Positions 10,317-20,123 of a DNA stretch of 64,000 bases are shown here, piece by piece. The DNA is taken from IMG/VR virus record IMGVR_UViG_3300025131_007349; one strand, written 5' to 3'. The position numbers and the translations under genes were made by a program. Origin of the DNA: an uncultured virus (IMG/VR IMGVR_UViG_3300025131_007349). Its lineage: Duplodnaviria > Heunggongvirae > Uroviricota > Caudoviricetes. Numbering within the stretch: the first letter of the stretch is position 1; each line of letters starts with the position of its first letter. The notes under the pieces are model-generated. The model was not told the DNA's origin. It worked only from the letters and a program-made list of their open reading frames with translations, and made no database searches.

Positions 10317-11166
10317 CATGAAAAGAGTAATACCATATTGTACAAGCGGTTTAGGGAACAGATTAAGATGTGTAGCATCTTGTTATGTTATTTCACAAGA
10401 AACCGATAGAGAATTAAAAATATATTGGGATAATTTAATCCCGAACGGCTGTTTAGCAAAACTAGATGAACTTTTTGAAAATAATTTAGAGACTATAAGT
10501 TTAGAAGAGTTAAAAGAATTAAAAGATTATAAAATGTGCATCAACAAATATGATGCTGATAGGGAAGATTGGGAGTTTAAAAATGACACATTACGTAACC
10601 TTACCGATGTATATGGAGCAGATGGAAAACATTCATATACTCATGATGACCAACAAGAAAATGTGTTAGTTTTTAATATAAGTTTTTTAGATGGTGTAAA
10701 CCTAGAAAAGAGTCATGATTTTATTAGGTCACTAAAACCTATAAAACCAATACAAGATAATATAGATAAGATTAAAAATGATTTAGGGTTATCTAAAGAT
10801 GTTATCGGTATACACGCAAGAGGTACTGATTTTCTAGACTCAGATGTGAATGCTTACATGAAAAATATGGTACCATATTTAGAAAAAAACCCTAATCAGA
10901 AGTTTTTTATATCTACTGAAGACCCAGAAATGGAGAAAACTATTGTTGAGTATTTCCCCAACAATGTCTTATTTAGAAAAAAAGAAAATTATATAACTAA
11001 AGAAGATGAAAGTGTTTCATGGTTAAACCATAACAATTTCTATATAACTAAAGACCACGCACAAGAAGCTGTGGAAGACATGTTCTTATTAGCGGAAACA
11101 ACTGTGGGGATATATGATAATAGAAGTACATTCGCTGAATTAGCCATTATACTATCTAAAAGATAA
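10303..11166 (+). CDS. GT-B fucosyltransferase-like protein (GT23/NodZ/O-FucT-like)
   Basis: SGLGNRL, IGIHARGTD, FFISTED and DMFLLA...STF. Confidence 0.7.
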   Translation: MTQDNMKRVIPYCTSGLGNRLRCVASCYVISQETDRELKIYWDNLIPNGCLAKLDELFENNLETISLEELKELKDYKMCINKYDADREDWEFKNDTLRNLTDVYGADGKHSYTHDDQQENVLVFNISFLDGVNLEKSHDFIRSLKPIKPIQDNIDKIKNDLGLSKDVIGIHARGTDFLDSDVNAYMKNMVPYLEKNPNQKFFISTEDPEMEKTIVEYFPNNVLFRKKENYITKEDESVSWLNHNNFYITKDHAQEAVEDMFLLAETTVGIYDNRSTFAELAIILSKR

Positions 11167-11176
11167 AATTAATAAT

Positions 11177-11920
11177 ATGTTTATATCATTTTTTGGAAGA
11201 TTTATATTGTATCACTACCCTAAAACCGCGGGTACACAATTGCAGTACCTATTTCAAGATTTTGGGGTAGGAAGTGATGATGATATATGGGGTGGAAATC
11301 TACATGGAGTACATAGAACTGTTTATATTCCACTTTATGATAGAACGGGCAAAAAAATTGGAGAAGGGCACGTACCAAAACCACTTAAACATGCACCAGT
11401 GGGGAACCCTTATGAAAAGAGTATTATTAACGCATCTAAAGGTTTTGGTGTAGAAAGATGGTATAAATTTGGTGTGATAAGAAATCCGTGGGATTTATGT
11501 GTAAGCCATTTAAATTTTCAGAATATCTATGAAGACTGGTCTTTTACAAAAAAAGACATTATGGATTTTGAAAACAGGCAGGGGTATGTCGGTACATTTA
11601 CAGAATTTTTTGATTTAGATAATGATAAAATAGACTATCTTATTAGGACGGAAAGTTTTGAGGCTCATTTGGATATACTAATTGAAAAATTAAAATTGCA
11701 TGCTCCACAATATACAGATAAAGACTGGGGAGCTCTAGATAAGTTAAGGAAAACTAAAGATAGTCTTTATATAAATAAAACTAATCACAAACATTATTCT
11801 TATTATTATGACGATGAGTCTAGAGAATATATAGGGAAATTGTTTGAACAAGATATAAAAAGATTTAATTATAAATTTGACAATATAAGAGAAAAAGAAA
11901 ATGGAAAAATACTACTCTAA
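11177..11920 (+). CDS. Sulfotransferase family 2
   Basis: HYPKTAGT, IRNPWDLCVS and the C-terminal HYSYYYDDE...DIKRFNY. Confidence 0.8.
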   Translation: MFISFFGRFILYHYPKTAGTQLQYLFQDFGVGSDDDIWGGNLHGVHRTVYIPLYDRTGKKIGEGHVPKPLKHAPVGNPYEKSIINASKGFGVERWYKFGVIRNPWDLCVSHLNFQNIYEDWSFTKKDIMDFENRQGYVGTFTEFFDLDNDKIDYLIRTESFEAHLDILIEKLKLHAPQYTDKDWGALDKLRKTKDSLYINKTNHKHYSYYYDDESREYIGKLFEQDIKRFNYKFDNIREKENGKILL

Positions 11921-12320
11921 ACAAGAACCAACAAAATTATTACATATAATAAATAGATTAAATGATATTACTAGTCCTAGAAATAATGTGATACCGGAAA
12001 ATCATTTCCTTCAGTTAGCGACTATGAAGTTACAAGATGGTCAAACCTTTAAGGCCCACTATCATTTTTTTAAAGATACACCTACAGATAAAGTTATCGC
12101 ACAAGAGTCTTGGGTGGTAATTAAAGGAAAAGTAAAATGTATATTTTACGATATAAACCATAAAATATTATGCACACCCATCTTAGAAGCTGGAGACTGT
12201 TCTATCACATTAGAGGGAGGGCATACTTATGAAATTTTAGAGGATGATACGATAGTTTATGAGTATAAAACAGGCCCATATGAAGGGCAAGAATTAGATA
12301 AAACATTTATAAAAGAATAA
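11901..12320 (+). CDS. Cupin-fold protein (WbuC-like, sugar modification)
   Basis: Cupin metal ligands H-x-H...QE and GGHTYE, in a glycan-cluster context. Confidence 0.65.
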   Translation: MEKYYSKQEPTKLLHIINRLNDITSPRNNVIPENHFLQLATMKLQDGQTFKAHYHFFKDTPTDKVIAQESWVVIKGKVKCIFYDINHKILCTPILEAGDCSITLEGGHTYEILEDDTIVYEYKTGPYEGQELDKTFIKE

Positions 12321-12323
12321 AAT

Positions 12324-12893
12324 ATGAAATCAGAAATAAAATTAAATTTAGGTTGTGGTTCAAGAGATTTTGGTGAGGACTGGGACCATATAGACGGTGA
12401 GTATTATCGACACATAAAATCAAAAGATATCTTTAATTTACCTTATGAGGACGAAAGTGTTTCTTTAATATATTCTTCTCACGTTATAGAGTATTTTGAT
12501 AGAGACGAAATAAAAATATTATTAACTGAATGGAAAAGAGTTTTAAAACAGGGAGGGCACTTACGGTTGGCTGTTCCCGACTTTACCAATATGTGTGCAC
12601 TATACTCTAATGGTAGTGTAGAATTAAAGGATATATTAGGGCCTCTATATGGTAAAATGCCAATGGGGGAAAAAACTATATACCATAAAACGGTATATGA
12701 TTTTAAAAGTCTTAGTGCGATATTAGAGAGTATGGAGTTTGATGAGATAGCAAGATATGATTGGAGAAAAACTGAACATGCAGACTTTGATGACCATTCA
12801 CAAGCTTATATCCCACATATGGATAAAGAACATGGAACATCAATCAGTTTAAATGTGCAGTGTAAAAAGAGGCATATAATGATGAAGAGATAG
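12324..12893 (+). CDS. Class I SAM-dependent methyltransferase
   Basis: LNLGCG, SSHVIEY and RVLKQGGHLRLAVPD. Confidence 0.85.
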   Translation: MKSEIKLNLGCGSRDFGEDWDHIDGEYYRHIKSKDIFNLPYEDESVSLIYSSHVIEYFDRDEIKILLTEWKRVLKQGGHLRLAVPDFTNMCALYSNGSVELKDILGPLYGKMPMGEKTIYHKTVYDFKSLSAILESMEFDEIARYDWRKTEHADFDDHSQAYIPHMDKEHGTSISLNVQCKKRHIMMKR

Positions 12894-12895
12894 AT

Positions 12896-13483
12896 ATGAG
12901 TTTTGAGTTAATAAAGACATTTGAAAATAAGATTGCTGAATTTTTTGGGGCACCTTATGCTGTAGCAGTAGATTGCTGTACTCATGGGGTAGAATTATGT
13001 TTAAGACGTAGTAAAGTCAAAACTATCAATGTACCTTATCGAACATATTTATCCATCCCTTTTTTATCTAATAAATTAGGTATAAACTTGGAATGGAAAG
13101 ACGAAAATTGGAAAGACTACTATTATTTAAATCATAATATAATAGACGCAGCAGTTTTATGGAAAAAAGATAGTTACATCCCAGGGACGTTTATGTGTGT
13201 TAGCTTCCAATTCAAAAAACATTTAAGTCTAGGAAGGGGAGGCGTTATATTAACCGATAGTAAAGACGCCGCACTAAAACTAAAAAAAATGTCTTATGAT
13301 GGTAGAGACCCTGATATTCCATGGATGGAACAAAACATAGATTCTATGGGGTATCATTATTATATGACACCAGAAACAGCTGCCTTAGGCTTGAAAAAGT
13401 TACCTGAGGCTATTAAAATTAAACCAAAACAATGGACAGTTACCGACTGGCCAGATTTAACAAAAATGGATATATTCAAATGA
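12896..13483 (+). CDS. Short DegT/DnrJ/EryC1/StrS-family PLP aminotransferase-like protein
   Basis: FE..IAEFFGAPYAVAV, IDAA and SFQFKKHL..GRGG. Only 195 aa. Confidence 0.75.
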   Translation: MSFELIKTFENKIAEFFGAPYAVAVDCCTHGVELCLRRSKVKTINVPYRTYLSIPFLSNKLGINLEWKDENWKDYYYLNHNIIDAAVLWKKDSYIPGTFMCVSFQFKKHLSLGRGGVILTDSKDAALKLKKMSYDGRDPDIPWMEQNIDSMGYHYYMTPETAALGLKKLPEAIKIKPKQWTVTDWPDLTKMDIFK

Positions 13484-14457
13484 AAAAAGCATTTATAACA
13501 GGAATAGCAGGACAAGATGGTAGTTATTTGGCAGAATACCTATTAGAATTAGGTTATGACGTACATGGAATAGTTAGAAGAAACTCAACACCAGAGAATC
13601 AAGATACACGTATAGCACACTTAGAAGGTAAGATTGAAACCTACTATGGAGACCTCTTAGACCAAGGAGGGTTAGAAAGATTACTAGATAAAATCCAACC
13701 AGATGAAATTTACAATTTAGCTGCACAATCACATGTTAGAATTAGTTTTGATGTACCTCAATTTACGGTACAGACAAACGCGTTAGGGTTGTTAAACATA
13801 TTAGAGGCTTATAGAAGAAGTTGTCCTACTTCTAAATTTTATCAGGCAAGTAGTTCAGAAATGTTTGGATTAACAGTTGATGAAGATAAGTGTCAGAGAG
13901 AGACAACAGTAATGAATCCAGTGTCACCATATGGGTGTTCAAAAGTATTTGGATACAATATGATTAGAAATTATAGAAGGGCATATAAATTACATGCAAC
14001 TAATGGTATATTATTTAATCATGAATCACCAAGAAGGGGGTCAAATTTTGTAACTAATAAGGTTGTAAAAGCAGCGGCAAGAATTAAATTAGGTTTACAA
14101 GATAAACTAGAATTAGGAAATATGGATTCTTATAGAGATTGGGGACATTCATGGGACTATGTTAGAGCAATGCATTTGATGATGCAACAAGATGAACCTG
14201 GAGATTGGGCAGTTTCTACAATGGAAACACATTCTGTTAGAGAAATGTGTGAGTTGGTTTTTAGTTATTTAGATTTAGACTATAAAGATTATATTGTACA
14301 AAATCCTAAATTCATGCGACCAGAAGAACTTCCGTATTTGAAAGGTGATTCTACAAAAATTAGAACAGAACTAGGATGGAAACCTAAGTATACATTTAAG
14401 ATGTTAATGGAGGAGATGGTTGATTATTGGTTGGAGTATTATTCTAAAAATAATTAA
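13480..14457 (+). CDS. gmd: GDP-mannose 4,6-dehydratase (copy 1)
   Basis: ITGIAGQDGSYL, NLAAQSHV, QASSSE, SPYGCSK, FNHESPRRG and RDWGH. Start moved to ATG 13480 (ATGA overlap). Confidence 0.95.
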   Translation: MKKAFITGIAGQDGSYLAEYLLELGYDVHGIVRRNSTPENQDTRIAHLEGKIETYYGDLLDQGGLERLLDKIQPDEIYNLAAQSHVRISFDVPQFTVQTNALGLLNILEAYRRSCPTSKFYQASSSEMFGLTVDEDKCQRETTVMNPVSPYGCSKVFGYNMIRNYRRAYKLHATNGILFNHESPRRGSNFVTNKVVKAAARIKLGLQDKLELGNMDSYRDWGHSWDYVRAMHLMMQQDEPGDWAVSTMETHSVREMCELVFSYLDLDYKDYIVQNPKFMRPEELPYLKGDSTKIRTELGWKPKYTFKMLMEEMVDYWLEYYSKNN

Positions 14458-14459
14458 TT

Positions 14460-15362
14460 ATGAAATTACTAGTAACTGGAGGGAATGGCATGGTTGGCTC
14501 TACTATAGATGCGGATGTAAGATTTGCATCACAGGAGTGTGATTTAACTAATTTTAATGATACCTTAGCGTTTTTTAAGAAACATTCACCAGAAGCTGTT
14601 ATCCATTGTGCTGGAAAGATAGGTGGGGTTGGAATCAACTCTAGACTAAAAGGAGAATTTTTTTATAAGAATACAATGATTAATACTAATGTATTGGAGG
14701 TTTCTAGATTAGTTGGGGTTAAAAAGTTAGTGTGTTTATTGTCAACATGTATTTTCCCGGTAGAAGCAAATTATCCCTTAACTTCGGACCAGATACACTC
14801 AGGAGAACCACACCCAACCAGTCTAGGGTATTCGTACTCTAAAAGATTAGCAGAAATACAAATTAGAACTTATAGAGAACAATATGGTGTAAACTATGTT
14901 TCTATAGTGCCTTGTAACATATATGGGCCTAGAGATAATTTTAAAATTGATGAGGGACATGTAGTTCCTTCTTTAATACACAAGTGTTATTTAGCTAAGA
15001 AAAATAATACCCCATTAAAAGTGTGGGGCACAGGCAAACCCCAAAGAGAATTATTATACTCACAAGACGCGGGAGATATCTCGACGTGGGCTTTAAATAA
15101 TTATGATGGCCCAGAGCCACTAATAACTTCCACTTCTATGGAATACTCGATAAAAGAACTTGTTGAGACAATAGTTGACGTTATGGATTTTAAAGGTGAT
15201 ATTATATGGGAGACAGATAAGACAGATGGACAATTTAGAAAACCTAGTGATAATACTAAGTTTACTGAATTGAATCCAGACTTTAAATATACACCATTAA
15301 AAGAAGGTGTAGAAAAAACCGTAGAATGGTTTATAAAAAATTATGATTATGCAAGAAAATAG
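14460..15362 (+). CDS. fcl: GDP-L-fucose synthase / GDP-colitose synthase-like epimerase-reductase
   Basis: GGNGMVG, AGKIGG, STCIFP, YSYSK, NIYGPRDNF, HVVPSLI and WGTGKPQRE. Confidence 0.85.
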   Translation: MKLLVTGGNGMVGSTIDADVRFASQECDLTNFNDTLAFFKKHSPEAVIHCAGKIGGVGINSRLKGEFFYKNTMINTNVLEVSRLVGVKKLVCLLSTCIFPVEANYPLTSDQIHSGEPHPTSLGYSYSKRLAEIQIRTYREQYGVNYVSIVPCNIYGPRDNFKIDEGHVVPSLIHKCYLAKKNNTPLKVWGTGKPQRELLYSQDAGDISTWALNNYDGPEPLITSTSMEYSIKELVETIVDVMDFKGDIIWETDKTDGQFRKPSDNTKFTELNPDFKYTPLKEGVEKTVEWFIKNYDYARK

Positions 15363-16452
15363 AATTAAAAAAGCAGTAGTTACCGGTGGAGCTGGATTTA
15401 TAGGCTCCCATATGGTAGATAAGTTAGTTAACATGGGGGTGCAAGTGACTGTAATTGATAATCTCTCAACAGGAAAAAGAGAGAATATTAATTCAGATGC
15501 ATATTTTTGGGAGCAAGATTTAGTTACAACAGAAATAGACACAATAAGTGAGTACCTTAAAGATGTGGACGCTGTATTTCATTTTGCAGCTATGGCTAGA
15601 GTACAACCATCAATCGAAGACCCAGTATTATTTAATGAACATAATGTTACTGCTACTTTAAAACTTCTTAAGGCTTGCGCAGACTCAAAAGTAAAAAGAT
15701 TTGTGTTATCTTCATCATCATCTATATATGGTGACGCGGAGATAATGCCAACATCAGAAGAATCACCAAGAAGTCCAATGTCACCTTATGCTGCACAAAA
15801 AATGATTAGTGAAGATTATTGTAAATTGTTTAGTGATGTCTACGATTTAGATACGGCATGTTTAAGATACTTTAATGTGTATGGTGATAGAATGACTAGA
15901 GAAGGTGCATATTGTACCGTTTTAGGGATATGGGCAGGTCAAATAGAAAATGGTAAAAATATAACAATAACTAATGATGGTGAACAGAGAAGAGATTTTA
16001 CATTTGTTGGTGACGTTGTAAACGCAAATTTATTAGCTGCAACTCATAATGAAAAACTAAAAGGTGAGGTATTCAATGTAGGTAACGCAAATAACGCTTC
16101 TATAAATGAGTTAGCAGAATTATTTGAAGTTGAGACTGAATATATTGGGGATAGACTAGAACCAAAAGCAACTTTAGCTGATATAAGTAAAATTAAAAAT
16201 AAGTTAGGGTGGGAACCTACTGGTGATATAAAAAAATGGGTTAAAAACTTTGTAAAAGAATTAAAACCAAATAACATTGAAACTGAAGCGATAGAATTAG
16301 AATACGAATTGTGGGATATGGTGAGTTATGGTGATGGAGAACCATTAGTGCCATTTAGTTTAATTTGTAGACACGAAAGATTCGAGGTGATATATTCCAA
16401 GTTCCAAGAAAAAATAAAAACATCTCCTTGTATTATAACAATAAAAAATTAA
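15349..16452 (+). CDS. NAD-dependent epimerase/dehydratase (UDP-glucose 4-epimerase-like) with a C-terminal extension
   Basis: GGAGFIG, SSSSIYG, YAAQK (YxxxK), LRYFNVYG and RDFTFV. Start is 15343 or 15349. Confidence 0.88.
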   Translation: MQENRIKKAVVTGGAGFIGSHMVDKLVNMGVQVTVIDNLSTGKRENINSDAYFWEQDLVTTEIDTISEYLKDVDAVFHFAAMARVQPSIEDPVLFNEHNVTATLKLLKACADSKVKRFVLSSSSSIYGDAEIMPTSEESPRSPMSPYAAQKMISEDYCKLFSDVYDLDTACLRYFNVYGDRMTREGAYCTVLGIWAGQIENGKNITITNDGEQRRDFTFVGDVVNANLLAATHNEKLKGEVFNVGNANNASINELAELFEVETEYIGDRLEPKATLADISKIKNKLGWEPTGDIKKWVKNFVKELKPNNIETEAIELEYELWDMVSYGDGEPLVPFSLICRHERFEVIYSKFQEKIKTSPCIITIKN

Positions 16453-17618
16453 TGACTAAATTAGTTGGAGATACTATAGATAAAAAAGATATTGCTGAGT
16501 TAGCTGAATGGTTAACTAGCGGTGATGAAGTTCCTAGATTAACTAAAGGGCCTTTAACCGTTAAGTTTGAGAAAAAGTGGGCAAAGAAGTTAGGTACAAA
16601 ATACAGTGTATTTGTTAATTCAGGCTCTTCAGCTATTTTATTGATGTTATATGCTCTAAAAGTAAGTGGGAGATTAAAAAATGATAAGATTATTGTGCCT
16701 TCACTATCTTGGGTAACAGATGTCTCTTCTGTAATGCAATTAGGGTTGGAACCAATATTATGTGATTCTAATATGGAGGATTTATCAGTAGACTTAGACC
16801 ATCTAGAAGAACTTTTTATAAAAGAAAATCCAGCATGCTTAATATTAGTTACTGTGTTAGGTCTAGTACCTGATATGTCAAGAATAAAAGAATTATGTGA
16901 AAAATATGACGTTACTCTTTTAGAAGATACTTGTGAAAGTATGGGCTCTAAATTCCAAGGAGGTTATCTGGGTACCATGGGGCTAATGTCGTGTTTCTCT
17001 TTATATTATGGTCATCATTTATCTACGATTGAAGGAGGACTAATAAACACAAACGATAAAGAGATATATAAAACTCTTTTAGCTTTAAGAAGTCATGGTT
17101 GGGACCGTGACTTACCAGAAGAAGACGCAAAAGAATTAAGTGATAAATGGGATATATGCGCGGATAATAAAGCTTATACTTTCTATTATCCTGGATTTAA
17201 TTTAAGAGCAACAGACTTACAAGCGTTTTTAGGTTTAAGGCAAATAGATAAGTTAGATAAATTTAGTATAATTAGAAAAAATAATTTTGATTTATATAAT
17301 AAGAAGATTAATAATAATATGCTTAATTTAAGGGTTGATAAATCTAATTTTATATCCAACTTTGCATATCCTGTAGTGAATAAAAATAGGTCTAAGATTA
17401 TGGAGATAATGACTAAAGAAGGCATAGAAGTTAGACCACTTATAGCTGGTTCTATGGGTAGACAACCGTTTTGGTTGAAACACTATGAGATGCCAGAACT
17501 ACCAAATTGTGACTTGTTACATGAATTTGGCTTCTATATACCAAATCACCAAGATTTGACAATAGACGAGATAAATAAAATATGTAAAATAATAAATGAC
17601 TATGGGGACATTTTATGA
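16452..17618 (+). CDS. PLP-dependent sugar 3-dehydratase-like protein (ColD/E1 type, DegT family)
   Basis: VNSGSSA, EDTCE and SLYYGHHLSTIEGG, with His at the Schiff-base Lys position as in ColD/E1. Start at 16452 (TAATG overlap). Confidence 0.8.
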   Translation: MTKLVGDTIDKKDIAELAEWLTSGDEVPRLTKGPLTVKFEKKWAKKLGTKYSVFVNSGSSAILLMLYALKVSGRLKNDKIIVPSLSWVTDVSSVMQLGLEPILCDSNMEDLSVDLDHLEELFIKENPACLILVTVLGLVPDMSRIKELCEKYDVTLLEDTCESMGSKFQGGYLGTMGLMSCFSLYYGHHLSTIEGGLINTNDKEIYKTLLALRSHGWDRDLPEEDAKELSDKWDICADNKAYTFYYPGFNLRATDLQAFLGLRQIDKLDKFSIIRKNNFDLYNKKINNNMLNLRVDKSNFISNFAYPVVNKNRSKIMEIMTKEGIEVRPLIAGSMGRQPFWLKHYEMPELPNCDLLHEFGFYIPNHQDLTIDEINKICKIINDYGDIL

Positions 17619-18387
17619 GGATTCGGTAAATAAAAGAAAAGTGACAATAGCTTCTTATCCACGCTCTGGCAGTAATTGGGTATGTTATTGTGTAGAAAGA
17701 TTAACCGATTTAATTATTATAGGGTCTGATGACTCTGAAGAGAGAGGAGCGGACATAACGCAGTCTAACCCAAAAGCTGTTATACATAAAACACATGGTA
17801 ATGGTACTGATTTTTGGGCTACATTTCCTGGTGAAAATGAAGGATATTTCCTAATTGTTAGAAATCATAAAGAATGTATTGTAAGACATCGTAGGATTGA
17901 TGACCAACCCATACCAATTAATCTTGTACTAAATGATTTACAAGGGTTACCTTTATCTGACCAAGAAAACACAGATTACTTAGCAATGTTAGAGTTATAC
18001 GATTTATATCTTGGGCCAAAGATGCTACTTTACTACGAAGATTTTATAATAAACCCAAAAGAAGAACTATTGAAAATAGTAGAATGGTATGAACAATTTG
18101 GTGGTAAGTTTAATAAAGATGATATCTATAATTTTGTGGATAATATTACCGACCATAAAAAGAAATCGTTAGATAGATATGTGGGCATTCATTTAGGTGT
18201 AGCTACAGATGGTGACCCAGAAAAATTAAGATACCAATCCGGACCAGACCATAGAAAAGAACACCAAGGAAAAGACGGTAATATTTTACCTAACACATGT
18301 AAACAGATTGACAACCATATTAAGAATAAAAGACCGGACATATATAAAAAATATTTAAAAAGATTTGAGTACGATGGATATAATTAA
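17596..18387 (+). CDS. Sulfotransferase-domain protein (P-loop-like)
   Basis: IASYPRSGSNW, IHKTH, LIVRN and YYEDFI. Confidence 0.75.
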   Translation: MTMGTFYEDSVNKRKVTIASYPRSGSNWVCYCVERLTDLIIIGSDDSEERGADITQSNPKAVIHKTHGNGTDFWATFPGENEGYFLIVRNHKECIVRHRRIDDQPIPINLVLNDLQGLPLSDQENTDYLAMLELYDLYLGPKMLLYYEDFIINPKEELLKIVEWYEQFGGKFNKDDIYNFVDNITDHKKKSLDRYVGIHLGVATDGDPEKLRYQSGPDHRKEHQGKDGNILPNTCKQIDNHIKNKRPDIYKKYLKRFEYDGYN

Positions 18388-19354
18388 GAAAAAAGCACTA
18401 ATAACAGGAATAAATGGTCAAGATGGCTCATATTTAGCAGAATTATTACTTGAAAAAGGATATGAAGTATGGGGTATATTGAAGAGAAATTCTGTAGCTG
18501 AGAATCAAACTACTAGGTTAGACGGGGTATTTTCAAAATTAAATTTAGAATATGCGGATATGACTGACATGGCTTCATTATGTAAAGTATTAAGTAAATC
18601 AAAACCTGATGAGATATATAATTTAGCTGCACAATCTCATGTTAGAATAAGTTTTGACCAACCAAAATACACATTAGAAAGTATAGGCACTGGAACATTA
18701 AATTTATTAGAATCTATTAAATTAGTTTGTCCGGAAGCAAGAATATACCAAGCAAGTAGTTCAGAAATGTTCGGTAATAATATAGACGATGATGGGTATC
18801 AACGAGAAACAACACCCTTAAACCCCGTTTCACCTTATGGATGTGCTAAAGTATACGCATATAATATATGTAGAAATTATAGAAATTCTTATGGTATGTT
18901 TGTCTCAAACGGAATATTGTTTAATCATGAATCACCAAGAAGAGGCACTAATTTTGTTACTAATAAAGTAGTTAAGATAGCTGTAGAGATTAAGTTAGGG
19001 CTAACTGATGAATTAAAACTTGGTAACATGAAAGCTAGTAGAGATTGGGGACACGCAAAAGACTATGTTGAAGCAATGTGGTTAATGTTACAACAAGAAA
19101 AACCAGATGACTTTGTTTGTTCAACAGGAATATCTCATACTGTACAAGATTTAGTTGAATATGTGTTTGGAAAGTTAGAACTAGATTGGAAAAAATATAT
19201 TAAGACAGATAAAAGATTCTTAAGACCAGAAGAACTAGAGCATCTAAAAGGGGACTGTTCAAAAGCTAAAGAGATTTTAGCTTGGGAGCATAAATACACA
19301 TTTGAAACAATGTTAGATGAGATGATTGAGTATTGGTTAAAAAAATATTCATAA
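18374..19354 (+). CDS. gmd: GDP-mannose 4,6-dehydratase (copy 2)
   Basis: ITGINGQDGSYL, NLAAQSHV, SPYGCAK, FNHESPRRG and RDWGHAKDY. Confidence 0.95.
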   Translation: MDIIKKKALITGINGQDGSYLAELLLEKGYEVWGILKRNSVAENQTTRLDGVFSKLNLEYADMTDMASLCKVLSKSKPDEIYNLAAQSHVRISFDQPKYTLESIGTGTLNLLESIKLVCPEARIYQASSSEMFGNNIDDDGYQRETTPLNPVSPYGCAKVYAYNICRNYRNSYGMFVSNGILFNHESPRRGTNFVTNKVVKIAVEIKLGLTDELKLGNMKASRDWGHAKDYVEAMWLMLQQEKPDDFVCSTGISHTVQDLVEYVFGKLELDWKKYIKTDKRFLRPEELEHLKGDCSKAKEILAWEHKYTFETMLDEMIEYWLKKYS

Positions 19355-19364
19355 ATAAATTTAA

Positions 19365-20102
19365 ATGGGAAAAAGAAATAAAAAATTATCTAGAGAAGAA
19401 CAAGCAGAAGTAGAAGCTTGGATTTATCAAAATAACACAGAGGAAAGTAGAGTAACTGATACTATGACCATTAGGGTCAAATGTAAAACTGAAAATCAAA
19501 AAGCTTTAGTAAATTCAATGAAAGAAAACGAAGTAACTATATGTTCTGGACCCGCGGGGACAGGCAAAACATATTTAGCGTGTGCAGAGGCATTAAAACT
19601 TATTAAACGTTATGCAAAATACAAAAAAATAGTTATAGTAAAATCTGTCACTACTTTAAAAAATGAAGAAATAGGTTTTTTGAAAGGGGGGTTACGTGAA
19701 AAAATGGAACCTTTTATGTTTTCTTTTGTACATAATTTTGAGAAGTTGGTGGGTCAGGCTATAACAGCAAGATTAAGAGAATTAAAAACTATAGAAGAAA
19801 TGCCTATAGCCTATATGAGAGGAATTAATTTAGACAGGTCAATTATTATTATAGATGAGGCTCAAAATATATCCAGAGAAAACATAAGAACTATTATGAC
19901 TAGGCTTGGAAGAAATTCTAAAATGGTATTCTTAGGGGACGAACGACAACAAGATTCCAAAGGAGGAAACGGACTAACCTTCCTAATGGACCATTTTGCT
20001 GATATAGAAGAGATTGGGTGTGTACAATTTAATAAGTCGGATGTAGTAAGAAATCCATTAATCGCTAAGATAGAAAGAGTTTTTGATTCTTTACAAAATT
20101 AG
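19365..20102 (+). CDS. phoH: PhoH-family ATPase
   Basis: GPAGTGKT, IGFLKG, YMRG, IIDEAQN, TRLG, GD..QQD and DVVRNPL. Confidence 0.92.
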   Translation: MGKRNKKLSREEQAEVEAWIYQNNTEESRVTDTMTIRVKCKTENQKALVNSMKENEVTICSGPAGTGKTYLACAEALKLIKRYAKYKKIVIVKSVTTLKNEEIGFLKGGLREKMEPFMFSFVHNFEKLVGQAITARLRELKTIEEMPIAYMRGINLDRSIIIIDEAQNISRENIRTIMTRLGRNSKMVFLGDERQQDSKGGNGLTFLMDHFADIEEIGCVQFNKSDVVRNPLIAKIERVFDSLQN

Positions 20103-20123
20103 AAAAAATATTAATTTACAAGT

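Noticed and set aside
1630..19354. Bacterial O-antigen/capsule locus
   Set aside because: There are no wzx/wzy/wzm/wzt, priming GT or evident membrane proteins, and the flanking genes are phage-type.
19351..19357. ATAAATA (antisense TATTTAT) between gmd2 and phoH
   Set aside because: It overlaps a TAA stop in very AT-rich DNA and there is no minus-strand gene downstream; likely chance.
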